A DNA stretch of 64,000 bases from Leptolyngbyaceae cyanobacterium (GCA_965263355.1 CBDHHL010000056.1:2336001-2400000); one strand, 5' to 3'. Shown: positions 19,749 to 29,784, counted from the stretch's first letter. Translations and numbers: made by a program. The notes: generated from the sequence alone by a model not told the origin.

Positions 19749-22370
19749 ATGTCACGGGATGCACTGATCGTCGGAATTAATAAATATCAGAAACTGCCTG
19801 AACTGACGGCAGCCGGAAAAGATGCAGAGGGCATAGCCAGCCTGCTCGAAACCCATGGCGACTTTCGCGTGCGCAGGTTACCTGAGATCATTCAAGATCA
19901 ACGCCCACAAATCGGCCAGCAAAGTTTTGTTTCCACTCAGCAACTAGAAAACAGCTTAGTCCGTCTGCTATTACCCAAAGGAGAGCACATCCCGGAGGTT
20001 GCCTTTTTTTATTTCTCAGGTCATGGCCTACAAAGAGAAATAGGCATACGAGAAGGATATTTAGCAACTAGCGATACCCAACCAGAGTCTTCTAACAGTG
20101 GATTATCACTCTCCTGGCTACGCCGTCTCATCAGACATAGTCCCGTCCGTCAAATTATTATTATTTTAGACTGTTGCCATAGTGGAGAGTTCCTTTGTCT
20201 AAAGGATGAAACATGGCAGGGGGCTGATGGACACAGCTACCTATTTATAGCAGCCTCTCGCGAGTATGAAGAAGCCTATGAATCACTCAACAGTGACTAC
20301 AGCGTACTTACCCAAGCAATCATCTCTGGATTGCTACCTCAAAATAAACACAGTGGTAGAGTTACAACCGCCGATCTAGTCGCTTCCATCACTAATCGAC
20401 TCAGCAATGAAATTCAACAGCCTTTATTTGAACAGGGCGGCAGTGAAATTGTTATTACCCGACAAGGAGAACACCCATTACCAAAGTCAGACAGTCTTTC
20501 TATAATCTCTCGTCTAAAGCAATATAGTTTTAATTTCTGCCCCTATCGAGGCCCTCATCCTTTTGAGGAAAAGCATACTGATTATTTCTTTGGTCGAGAG
20601 GAGTTGATTCAATCAATCCTAACGTCGTTACAGCAACACAATCTTTGTACCCTAATCGGCGCTTCAGGTAGCGGGAAGACATCTTTGCTGCGCGCTGGTA
20701 TTATCCCTCGTATCTCTGCAGGCCATGAAATTTCGGGCAGTGAGTATTGGCTAGTCCGCTATATGACTCCAGGTGCACAGCCCTTGAGAACACTAGCGTC
20801 AGTCTTTACCATTGCTAATCAAGCAGTCGACATTGCTAAACAGCTATGGCAAGCTGAGCAACTTCTACGACAAGATTGCTCTGCATTAGTCAACTTAGTG
20901 ACAGCAGCACTGCTTAAACAACCTGGAGCGACGAAATTTTGGCTAGTTATCGATCAATTTGAAGAACTCCTCGCGCCAACACCTGATCCTCATATTCAGC
21001 AGGACCGCAACTTGGTGATTGGGGCACTAGTTAAAGCACTGCATTGTCCCTCCATACCTCTAGGAATCATTATTAGTCTGCGAGCAGACGCCATCGACCA
21101 TCTCATAAACTATAACGATTTATTTTCCTTGGTAGAGAATCATCAGATCGTTATTCCCCCAATGAAGTATCAAGCTATTCGAGATGTGATTGAAAAACCG
21201 GCTGAAAAGCTAGGACTTAAACTAGACCCTTATCTGGTGCACAATTTAACGCTTGATCTGACCGGTGCCCCAGGTGAATTAGCCTTGCTACAGAGCACGT
21301 TATATGAGCTTTGGCAATATCGTACCCCAATGGCTCATAGCACAGGTACACCTTGTTTACTCTTGGATAGCTACATAAAACTAGGACGTCTGCCGCAAAT
21401 AATTACAAATAGAGCAACAGAATTGTATCAGTCACTGCCATCAGACGAACAAGCTGCTGCTAAACGAATATTTCTTTCGCTATGTGAGTTAGGAGAAGGT
21501 CATCTCGATAAATGTCGTCAAGCTCATAAATCTGAATTGATCAATCAGCAATTTCCCCGTGACCTGATTGAACGGACACTAAAGAAACTGGTTAAGGCTC
21601 GACTGATAGTCTTAGATAAACCACAATTAGCCTCACAAACCCAGGGAAAAAAAATAGCTGACGTAGCTTGGAAAACAAGTCATCACAAAAAAGCTAAACA
21701 TACCAGTGTAATGGCACAATTGCCAACAGCATTGATGGTATCCGAAGACACCGTTGAACTAGCCCATCAATCTCTAATATCGGATTGGTCCTTACTACGC
21801 CAGTGGCTACAAGCTAACCGTAAAACCCTGCGACACCAACGAGATATTGAAGCGCGTGCCTGGATTTGGCACCAGCGTGGAGAAACGCAATGTTCAGACT
21901 ATTTACTTGGACAACAATACTTGAAAGATGTGAGTCAGTTCTTGACACATGACTCACAAAAGCTATCAATTTTGGCCCAAAGATTTATGCGCCTGAGTCA
22001 ACGTACTGTTACCTACCAACGTTGGCGGGCCCGAGGGATAGCAGTCTTGTTCCCCTTAGCCATCATCACGGGAATGACTCTGTCCTTGGTACGTCAACAG
22101 CTGACTCCCACATGGCGTGTCAATATGGTGCCTACAACATGGGTCAAGGCTCAACTACCGACACGCTGGGGAATATTGGGAACCAAACATTTAGCAATCG
22201 CTTCTCAGATTTTGACCTTTAAGCGCCAGCATTCGCATATTCCACTCCAGGAGTTGTCTATTCACCAGTTAGTCGATCTAATGACGCCTGACGTTATGAT
22301 AGTTAACTCAGCGTCATTGCCGGATGGAGCTGGCTCTTGGGTGAATGATGGTGACGTCAGTAAACCATAA
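19749..22370 (+). CDS. Caspase-family (C14) protease fused to an nSTAND1-type NTPase and a C-terminal TM segment
   Basis: ALIVGINKY, FSGHG (catalytic His), LDCCHSG (catalytic Cys); CPYRGPHPF...FFGRE, GASGSGKTS, LVIDQFEE, ELAHQSLISDWSLLRQWL; hydrophobic IAVLFPLAIITGMTLSLV. Confidence 0.88.
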   Translation: MSRDALIVGINKYQKLPELTAAGKDAEGIASLLETHGDFRVRRLPEIIQDQRPQIGQQSFVSTQQLENSLVRLLLPKGEHIPEVAFFYFSGHGLQREIGIREGYLATSDTQPESSNSGLSLSWLRRLIRHSPVRQIIIILDCCHSGEFLCLKDETWQGADGHSYLFIAASREYEEAYESLNSDYSVLTQAIISGLLPQNKHSGRVTTADLVASITNRLSNEIQQPLFEQGGSEIVITRQGEHPLPKSDSLSIISRLKQYSFNFCPYRGPHPFEEKHTDYFFGREELIQSILTSLQQHNLCTLIGASGSGKTSLLRAGIIPRISAGHEISGSEYWLVRYMTPGAQPLRTLASVFTIANQAVDIAKQLWQAEQLLRQDCSALVNLVTAALLKQPGATKFWLVIDQFEELLAPTPDPHIQQDRNLVIGALVKALHCPSIPLGIIISLRADAIDHLINYNDLFSLVENHQIVIPPMKYQAIRDVIEKPAEKLGLKLDPYLVHNLTLDLTGAPGELALLQSTLYELWQYRTPMAHSTGTPCLLLDSYIKLGRLPQIITNRATELYQSLPSDEQAAAKRIFLSLCELGEGHLDKCRQAHKSELINQQFPRDLIERTLKKLVKARLIVLDKPQLASQTQGKKIADVAWKTSHHKKAKHTSVMAQLPTALMVSEDTVELAHQSLISDWSLLRQWLQANRKTLRHQRDIEARAWIWHQRGETQCSDYLLGQQYLKDVSQFLTHDSQKLSILAQRFMRLSQRTVTYQRWRARGIAVLFPLAIITGMTLSLVRQQLTPTWRVNMVPTTWVKAQLPTRWGILGTKHLAIASQILTFKRQHSHIPLQELSIHQLVDLMTPDVMIVNSASLPDGAGSWVNDGDVSKP

Positions 22371-22584
22371 GGCCTGTATTTGGGAGGTCTCACCAACCTG
22401 CGACAATCAAGGTCAACCGACGATAGATTCGCTCGACATAGACAACAGGAAAGATGCATGATGAGGCTAAAATCAGACTAATGATTAGACGTTATGTGGA
22501 CTATTGGCTACTAGCTGCATTGTCCTTTATGCTGGGAGCCGTTGTCATTCCCAGTATTTAATTGCCCATAGGGCAGCATTTTTT

Positions 22585-23217
22585 ATGGTTAGCATTCTCA
22601 CAAAATGGCAGTTAAAGCAGCTGTTACAGCCAATGCTTTTCAGCTTGCTAATCGGGTGCCTATGGTGTCTAGGGCCTGCTATGGCTACGGCTGAAACAGC
22701 CCAAGCGACATTTGCAGGGGGTTGTTTTTGGTGTATGGAACATCCCTTTGATGCTTTACAGGGAGTCACAAATACAACTTCAGGCTATATGGGAGGCACT
22801 GTCATCGCCCCTAGCTACCGCCAAGTATCATCAGGCAACACAGGCCACGCGGAAGTAATGCAAGTTGAGTATGACCCTAATCTCGTTAGCTATGAGACAC
22901 TTTTAGAGACATTTTGGCGTAATGTAGACCCCCTTGATGCCCACGGACAGTTTTGCGATCGCGGCAGTCAATATCGGTCTACTATCTTTTATCACGACGA
23001 TACTCAGCGCCAGCTGGCCGAAGCCTCAAAGCAGACTGTTGGTCATCTGTTTGAGCAACCTGTCGTAACAGAAATTCTGGCAGCATCAGCCTTTTATCCA
23101 GCTGAAGATTATCACCAGAACTATTATCAGACCCATCCAGCCCGCTATCGGTTCTATCGATTTAGCTGTGGTCGTGACCAGCGTCTAGCAGAACTTTGGG
23201 ATAACTCGCTTGAGTAA
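22585..23217 (+). CDS. msrA: Peptide methionine sulfoxide reductase MsrA with an N-terminal export signal
   Basis: FAGGCFWCME, GHAE, FYPAEDYHQNYY; ATG at 22585 preferred. Confidence 0.93.
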   Translation: MVSILTKWQLKQLLQPMLFSLLIGCLWCLGPAMATAETAQATFAGGCFWCMEHPFDALQGVTNTTSGYMGGTVIAPSYRQVSSGNTGHAEVMQVEYDPNLVSYETLLETFWRNVDPLDAHGQFCDRGSQYRSTIFYHDDTQRQLAEASKQTVGHLFEQPVVTEILAASAFYPAEDYHQNYYQTHPARYRFYRFSCGRDQRLAELWDNSLE

Positions 23218-23376
23218 ACGCCCTGGTATTAGTGGCGTATAAACCATGTCAACCTCTAGAAAGATCGTTTTTCTGTAGACGAATCTCCAGGTTTCAATGT
23301 GGACATGGTTTATCCATCCGCTCAAGGGATAAAAAACTGACTAAAGTATAAGGATGTAATCCAACAAGAATTACCC

Positions 23377-24024
23377 ATGACTGCTGTACAGCTTTCTGCA
23401 CGCGATATGATGCGTGCTGCTTATGAAAACCGCTACACCTGGGATAGCAACTTCCCTGGCTACACTACAGATATCGAGTTTAAGCATGGTGAGCAGACCT
23501 ATGTTGGTAAGGCTCGTGTTAATCCCGATCTCTCGGCTGAAGTTTTTGATATAGAGGACGAAGCAGCACTAAAAATAGTTAAGGGGCAACTATGGGAGGT
23601 TGCTATCCATCGAATTCGCCGTGAATTTGAAGATACCCATGGTAAAAATACCTTTGCCCTAGGTGAAACTGATGAGCGAGGGGCTGTAGAAATTCTAGTT
23701 GAGGGTAAATCTACCGGCGACAAATATAAGGTGTTGAACAACGAGGTTGTTCTAGTGCATCGTCACATTCATGGGGTAGTGGTCACTATCAATACTTTTA
23801 GCACCCATGATACGGGCACAGGCTATTTATCCCATACCTATGATTCGGTATATCACGATCCGAAAACAGGGGAACAGGCCAAAGGTCGCAGCGAGTTTAC
23901 CGATGAATACGACCAGGTAGGAAGCTATTTTGTGTTGAGTCGGCGTGCGATCGCATCTGCCGATGACGGCAATATGGAATTCATATTCTCCAATCTTCAA
24001 CTGCTAGACGCCGATGCAGCGTAA
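23377..24024 (+). CDS. Conserved cyanobacterial protein (DUF3386-like)
   Basis: RAAYENRYTWDSNFPGY, HRHIHGVVVTINT. Confidence 0.8.
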   Translation: MTAVQLSARDMMRAAYENRYTWDSNFPGYTTDIEFKHGEQTYVGKARVNPDLSAEVFDIEDEAALKIVKGQLWEVAIHRIRREFEDTHGKNTFALGETDERGAVEILVEGKSTGDKYKVLNNEVVLVHRHIHGVVVTINTFSTHDTGTGYLSHTYDSVYHDPKTGEQAKGRSEFTDEYDQVGSYFVLSRRAIASADDGNMEFIFSNLQLLDADAA

Positions 24025-24097
24025 GTTAAAATCCGACCCGCCTGCGGTTGATCGCCTTGAATTTTACCTGAACTAGCACCCAACAGTGTCCACTCTG

Positions 24098-24592
24098 CTA
24101 TCGGAGTGGACACTGTTGGCGTAGGGTCTCTGTCACCGCTCCCACATTCGCTTCGGAATCTAATTGCAGCTTGCGCACATCAGCCTTTAGTTGCGCGTTG
24201 GGTGTAGGGTTAGCAGAAATTAACTCTGCCGCCTGATAACGATAGTCCGAGGCTTGCTGATAGACTTCAACCAACTGGAACTGAACCGTTTGTAGCTGGC
24301 GATTGGTCAACCGCAGGCTGTCCAACACTTGGGAAATATCATAGTAAATGCGGCCCACCTGACGCTCAATTCCCTGATTGTAGCCAGAGCCACCAAGGTT
24401 ACCCTCATTTATCTCTTGAATACGTAAGCTTCCTTCAGCTAGCGCCCCATTAATCAACGCACAGTCTTCCCGAGGCGTGCATCCAGTTAGAACCAAACCG
24501 GCTACAGCACTCCACGCGAAAACCTGACGAGCGAAAACCTGATGAATTAAACGGTGGAAACGGTCAAAGTTGAACATATAAAATTTAGACAT
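24098..24592 (-). CDS. Hypothetical lipoprotein
   Basis: Lipobox VLTGC followed by a helical domain; Cys near both ends. Confidence 0.65.
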   Translation of the reverse strand: MSKFYMFNFDRFHRLIHQVFARQVFAWSAVAGLVLTGCTPREDCALINGALAEGSLRIQEINEGNLGGSGYNQGIERQVGRIYYDISQVLDSLRLTNRQLQTVQFQLVEVYQQASDYRYQAAELISANPTPNAQLKADVRKLQLDSEANVGAVTETLRQQCPLR

Positions 24593-24703
24593 ACACTGAC
24601 TTTGCTGCAGCTAAGGCCTATCTAGTCTAAAACACCGCTCTATCTTAAGGACGGTGTAACTTAAACTCCGCTCGCTGAGCGTTATCACTTCTTAGTTTTA
24701 CAG

Positions 24704-25624
24704 ATGATTCCGGTTAATCCAGGACAGCTGCCATCCAAACATACTGATATCGAGGGACGTAAGTTGAATATTGGTTTTCTAGGTACAGGGCTAATGGGGG
24801 CACCCATGGCACGTCGGTTACAAATGGCCGGATATCAGGTATATGGCTGGAACCGTACGGCTCAAAAAGTCGAATCACTGCTAGCAGATGGGATAAAATC
24901 TAGTAACACACCGGCTGATGCGATCGCAGCATCTCGACTAATTATCTTAATGCTGACCGATGCCACCGCTATTCACACAACTCTGCTCAGTCCAGATGCT
25001 ACGGCTCAGCTAGCAGGCCGCACTGTTTTACAGATGGGCACCATTGCGCCCCAGGAAAGCAAAGCCATTGCCCAGTTAGTACAAACTGCCGGGGGTGACT
25101 ATTTCGAAGCACCTGTGCTAGGCAGTATTCCCGAAGCTAGCGCGGGGAAACTCATTGTGATGGTGGGGGCATCGCCAGACCAGTTTGAGCAATGGCAACC
25201 TGTTTTGACATGCTTTGGACCAGAGCCTCAGTTAATGGGAGCAGTGGGCGCAGGTAGCGGAGTCAAACTGGCCATGAATCAGCTGATTGGGACGTTGACC
25301 ACCGCCTTTGCCATGAGCTTAGGTTTAGTACAGCAAGAAGCGATCGACATTGAGAAATTTATGGCAATTGTGCGCCAAAGTGCCCTATATGCACCGACGT
25401 TTGATAAGAAGCTCCGGCGTATGTGCGATAGTAACTTTGCCAATCCCAATTTTCCCACTAAGCACCTACTTAAAGATATGAATCTATTTGTGCAGGCGGC
25501 TGAAACCTTTAACGCCGACGTTGCTGAAACTGTTGCTCAAATGGTTCAAAAAGCCGCAGAGCAAGGGTTAGCAGACCAAGATTATTCAGCAGTGTTTGCA
25601 GCCGTTAATTCGCCCTTACCCTAA
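24704..25624 (+). CDS. NAD(P)-dependent beta-hydroxyacid dehydrogenase (3-hydroxyisobutyrate / glyoxylate-SSA reductase family)
   Basis: GFLGTGLMG, EAPVLGS, KLAMN, FPTKHLLKD; the real start is possibly the TTG at 24764 after GAGGGA. Confidence 0.9.
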   Translation: MIPVNPGQLPSKHTDIEGRKLNIGFLGTGLMGAPMARRLQMAGYQVYGWNRTAQKVESLLADGIKSSNTPADAIAASRLIILMLTDATAIHTTLLSPDATAQLAGRTVLQMGTIAPQESKAIAQLVQTAGGDYFEAPVLGSIPEASAGKLIVMVGASPDQFEQWQPVLTCFGPEPQLMGAVGAGSGVKLAMNQLIGTLTTAFAMSLGLVQQEAIDIEKFMAIVRQSALYAPTFDKKLRRMCDSNFANPNFPTKHLLKDMNLFVQAAETFNADVAETVAQMVQKAAEQGLADQDYSAVFAAVNSPLP

Positions 25625-25652
25625 GTCCTTCTCCCCTAGGGGAGGAGGACTT
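25623..25652. repeat. GC-rich palindromic hairpin between convergent genes (cyanobacterial short dispersed repeat-like or bidirectional terminator)
   Basis: AAGTCCT-T-CTCCCC-TA-GGGGAG-G-AGGACTT. Confidence 0.5.
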
Positions 25653-25719
25653 GGAAGCTAGCTCTCCTCGTCTACCCCAGAGAAAAGAGGATAATTAGGA
25701 GCTATTAGTCTTTGCCCAT

Positions 25720-26499
25720 TTACGCCGTCAAAGCCTTCGCCTTGACTGGCTCTGACAGAGCCCCAAAGCGACGATCACGGTTTTGGAACGCTAACAGCGC
25801 TTGATGAAACTGATGCCGATCAAACTGTGGCCAAAACACATTGGTAAAGTACATTTCAGCATAAGCCAGTTGCCACAGTAAAAAGTTGCTTAACCGCTGC
25901 TCACCACTAGTGCGAATCAGCAGGTCTGGATCACTGCTACCAGCTGTATACAGATGGCGTTCTAATAGCTCTTCAGTAATGGCATCAGCGGAAAGCTCGC
26001 GGCGTTCTACTCGCTCAGCCACAGAGCGACAGGCCTGGGTAATTTCATGACGGCTGCCATAGTTAATGGCCACATTAAACTCCACAGCATCATTGTGCTG
26101 CGTTTGCTCCATGGAACGTTCCATTTCACGGCGGAGTGATGTGTGTAAGCCAGCCAGATCGCCAATAAAACGAATACGCACACCTTCTCGATGCATTTCT
26201 GCTAATTCTTTGCGCAGCAACCGCTCAAATAAAACCATCAGAAAATCAACTTCCTCATGGGGACGTCGCCAGTTTTCGGTCGAAAAGGCATAGGCAGTTA
26301 ACGCCCCAATGCCCCAGTCTTTGCAACAGCGGAGCAAATCCTTGAGTACGGTAGCCCCACGACGATGGCCTTCGATCCGGGGTAGACCTTGTTGGCTCTG
26401 AGCCCAGCGACCATTGCCATCCATAATCACAGCAACATGGTTAGGTAGCCCACGGGGATCAAGATCGGACGGTAGAGTTTGCAGAGTTTGGGTCGTCAT
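25720..26499 (-). CDS. uppS: cis-isoprenyl transferase (UppS family)
   Basis: [48 protein letters not shown] at 26499 preferred. Confidence 0.93.
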   Translation of the reverse strand: MTTQTLQTLPSDLDPRGLPNHVAVIMDGNGRWAQSQQGLPRIEGHRRGATVLKDLLRCCKDWGIGALTAYAFSTENWRRPHEEVDFLMVLFERLLRKELAEMHREGVRIRFIGDLAGLHTSLRREMERSMEQTQHNDAVEFNVAINYGSRHEITQACRSVAERVERRELSADAITEELLERHLYTAGSSDPDLLIRTSGEQRLSNFLLWQLAYAEMYFTNVFWPQFDRHQFHQALLAFQNRDRRFGALSEPVKAKALTA

Positions 26500-26934
26500 A
26501 ATAAAAAATACGTATTGCTCCAAATATGTATTAAACGTGAATGGCCTGTCTGTGCTGTCACGCAACCGATATAGTCAATCAACAAAAAATTAAAATACTA
26601 ACGCTTACAGAACCATTGGCCTTAGGATAACCATCAGCACAATGCTTCTGGATTAAGCGCCATAGCATGATTCAAGGATGCCCTACCACCACTGAATTTT
26701 AGACGTTTCAATAGTCCGCAAACATTAGACTACAGAAGATACATCAAAATCCTTTGATTACAAGACAGGTCAGACCAGTGTACCCCCTTGCTTGGTTACA
26801 CCCTATAGGGTTCTTTGTCTGAGATTGTAGGTAAGGGTACGAATTTAAAGGTCTGGAAAAGTCGGAATATCCTATGCGCAATGCTCTGAAAGATAGCGGT
26901 AGTCTATCAGTGGAAAAACCATTGACCATGGCCG

Positions 26935-29355
26935 ATGGGTGTGGATAGTGCGATCGAATTTACTGACTCTTTGCTCTATGAAAAAACGGGGCAGCATCTC
27001 AGTGATCTGCAATGCTGTATTCTGCAGCAGGTGTGGGGAGGTAAAACCTATCGTGCGATCGCAACCATCGCTGGCTACAGCGAAGGGCATGTTAAAGATG
27101 TTGCCTCCCAGCTATGGCGAATACTCTCCGATATTCTAGGGGAACGCATTACCAAAGGTAATTATCGTTCACGCTTGGTGTACTGGTTAAAGCGGGCGAA
27201 ACGGAAAATGGTCCACGTCGCCGAAGAAGCATGGCCCCGAGCAAATACAGCCAACCTATTAACCCGAAGCACCCTGCATAAGGTTGAACCCCAGCCTATC
27301 AACCCTCATTTTATTGGCCGTGCTAACGCTATTGAGGCCCTCACCAACCTCAGCGCCCAGGGGCATAAAATCATCTTGATTCAAGGCGAAGGAGGATTAG
27401 GCAAAACTACCCTGGCCCAACATTATTTACGCCAAACCACATTCGATGTCGTTTTAGAATGGCATATTGCCCAGGAAACCTCAAGCTTGACCGTCGTTGA
27501 CCACATTCTCGACGAATGGTTACGTCAAGATTTTAATGACGAACCAGGCCAGGATTTGAGCATTAGCCTCAGCCGATTGAAACGTCATCTTAAACAACAA
27601 CGAGTTGGCATTCTGATTGACAATCTTGAACCCGCCCTCGACGGCAATGGTCAGTTTGTCCCTGAAGCTTTCTGTTATATAGAACTACTCAAGCTCTTAG
27701 CGGATTTTTCAATTCAGACAACAACATTAATCACCAGTCGCGATCGCCTCTGCGAACCTGGCATCAAAACCTATCACTATCGATTAACTCGACTCACTCA
27801 AACAGATTGGAAACAGTGCTTTACCTATTATCAGCTGCGCTTACCAAGGACAGATGAGATTCTGCACCATTTACACCGCGCTTATGGTGGCAATGCCAAG
27901 GCAATGGAGATTTTATGTAGCACAGTTCAAACAGATTTCAATGGTGATCTAAAGGCTTATTGGCAAGCCTATGGCGCAGATCCATTAGCAGAAATTGATC
28001 TTAAGAATCTAGTCATTAGCCAGATCAATCGCTTGCAATGCCTGGATCCAATTGCGTATCAGCTCCTCTGTCGCCTCAGCTGTTATCGCTACCAAACTAT
28101 TGCCTCCCTCTCATTACCAGCCATTCTCGCCCAATGCAATAGTCCCGATAGTCAGCGAGCCATTGCCTCCCTCCGGAATCGCTCACTGCTTGAGTTGGAA
28201 AACAGACAGTACTGGCTCCATCCAGTAATTAGAGCTGTAGCTATTGAACGACTGCGACAGAGTGACCTTTGGTACGCAGCGAATCGAGTCGCAGCTCACT
28301 ACTGGACTAATAGTATAGAACTTTTAACAGAACTATTAGATGCACAAAAAGCATTGGAAGCCTACTACCACTATGTTGCAATCGATGAATATCAGGCAGC
28401 TGCCCAAGTGTTGCTAAAAAGTCGTCACAACCAATGGCAACAGTTTTTACCGCTGGCCAGCAGCTTGTATCGCATGGGTTTATTGCAACCAGTGAGCACC
28501 TTAATTTTAGAGGTATTATCCCATTTAGAGTCGGTGTCTGCCCCCTCCTCTCAAGTAAGTGAACTTCGTAATATCCTCGGTGATATTTATTGGATCACAG
28601 GAGACATTAATCAAGCCATTCAATGTCAAGAGAATGCAATCTCAAACACACAACAACATTTAGCAACTCTCGACAAAATTGACCGACTGAATCACTATTA
28701 TCTGCAAATGCTCAATATCGATTCACGCTTAAGTCTGGGTCTGTATGCGATGGATCTATGGGAGTTAGAACGGGCTGAAACAGCTTTTAAGACCGTGATT
28801 TCTCTTGGTCAGGGCACACCCCATCAAGCCTGGGCAGACAAAGCAACCGTTGCGTTAGCGTTAACCTACGCGTTTCAAGATAAACCCAAACGTGCCTCAA
28901 TGTTGGCAACTGACTGCCTTCACAAATTTACCGAGCCCAGCCAACAATCTGGAAGACTGGCCTACTTTATTCAACTCTTAGGACAAACCTACGGTCAGCT
29001 AGGCAAATGGGCGCAAGCTAACACACTATATCAACAAGCCCTCAATTTTGCTGAAGCAGGGCATTACTTACAGGTAAAAGCCAAGGCTCTCAATGGTTTA
29101 GCTACTATTGCCCGCAATTATCAACAGATGGAGCAAGCCTTAGACTATCACTATCAAGCGATTGAACTATTCACTGACATTGGGGCAAAGTGCGATTTGG
29201 CCAATGCCTATGTTGAAATAGGCCATACCCATGTGAGTCTGAAGCAAACAGACATTGCTCACCATAATTGGCAACGAGCATTAGCACTCTATGCCGACAT
29301 TCACGCCCATAAACAAGTCGGCAAAATCACTGACCTACTCAGCCTGATTGAATAG
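26935..29355 (+). CDS. N-terminal wHTH + NB-ARC/STAND ATPase + TPR protein
   Basis: HLSDLQCCIL...GKTYRAIA...GYSEGHVKDVASQLWRILS wHTH; FIGR, GEGGLGKTT, LIDNLE, ITSR, GGNAKA, LHPVIR; C-terminal TPR repeats. Confidence 0.88.
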   Translation: MGVDSAIEFTDSLLYEKTGQHLSDLQCCILQQVWGGKTYRAIATIAGYSEGHVKDVASQLWRILSDILGERITKGNYRSRLVYWLKRAKRKMVHVAEEAWPRANTANLLTRSTLHKVEPQPINPHFIGRANAIEALTNLSAQGHKIILIQGEGGLGKTTLAQHYLRQTTFDVVLEWHIAQETSSLTVVDHILDEWLRQDFNDEPGQDLSISLSRLKRHLKQQRVGILIDNLEPALDGNGQFVPEAFCYIELLKLLADFSIQTTTLITSRDRLCEPGIKTYHYRLTRLTQTDWKQCFTYYQLRLPRTDEILHHLHRAYGGNAKAMEILCSTVQTDFNGDLKAYWQAYGADPLAEIDLKNLVISQINRLQCLDPIAYQLLCRLSCYRYQTIASLSLPAILAQCNSPDSQRAIASLRNRSLLELENRQYWLHPVIRAVAIERLRQSDLWYAANRVAAHYWTNSIELLTELLDAQKALEAYYHYVAIDEYQAAAQVLLKSRHNQWQQFLPLASSLYRMGLLQPVSTLILEVLSHLESVSAPSSQVSELRNILGDIYWITGDINQAIQCQENAISNTQQHLATLDKIDRLNHYYLQMLNIDSRLSLGLYAMDLWELERAETAFKTVISLGQGTPHQAWADKATVALALTYAFQDKPKRASMLATDCLHKFTEPSQQSGRLAYFIQLLGQTYGQLGKWAQANTLYQQALNFAEAGHYLQVKAKALNGLATIARNYQQMEQALDYHYQAIELFTDIGAKCDLANAYVEIGHTHVSLKQTDIAHHNWQRALALYADIHAHKQVGKITDLLSLIE

Positions 29356-29432
29356 CGTTGTAGGTAATAGGCAGCCAACAGAAAACATACAAAATCTAAA
29401 TTCATTACCCCCGATTAAACAGCCATCAGCCC

Positions 29433-29546
29433 GTAGGGGCAATTCCTTGTGGTTGGCTGGCAATACTGGGGGCTATCAGCCAAGATTTCGTATGAATATC
29501 TTAGAAAACCGCTCTAGCTTCAGGCGAGAGATATGGAAAATCGCGG
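29433..29546. mobile_element. Possible degenerate REP half plus an IS200/IS605-like end remnant (no transposase)
   Basis: GTAGGGGCAATTCCTTGTGGTTGGC at 29433; imperfect hairpin CTCTaGC-TTCAG-GCgAGAG at 29512-29530. Confidence 0.3.
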
Positions 29547-29660
29547 TAAGTCTGGTGTAAAAACTGCTCGTCAAACGGTTTCATACGTAGAACACACTGA
29601 CTACTGATTTCTTCATCAGTGATTTATCCAATTACTAGAGATACTGACTATTCTATAAAT

Positions 29661-29784
29661 GTGCAAGCTAAGCACGTCAGCAATCTTCCCCGAGACAGAA
29701 GGTAGCTGCCAGTATGATCGGTCTCTTTGATTCTGAAAGCCAATGATTAGACTGTGCGATGCAAATCGGCAGTCTATTTTTTTT
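29661..29784 (+). ncRNA. Candidate small RNA (~125 nt)
   Basis: -10-like TATTCT at 29649-29654, 5' hairpin GTGC/GCAC, GAGAC/GTCTC stem, then a GNRA-capped terminator with T8. Confidence 0.45.
29748..29784 (+). terminator. Intrinsic terminator
   Basis: TAGACTG-T-g-CGAT-GCAA-ATCG-G-CAGTCTA followed by TTTTTTTT. Confidence 0.75.

Noticed and set aside
29348..29560. 70-aa ORF after the STAND-TPR gene
   Set aside because: It runs through repeat and IS-like remnants, starts at TTG without an RBS, and is probably spurious.
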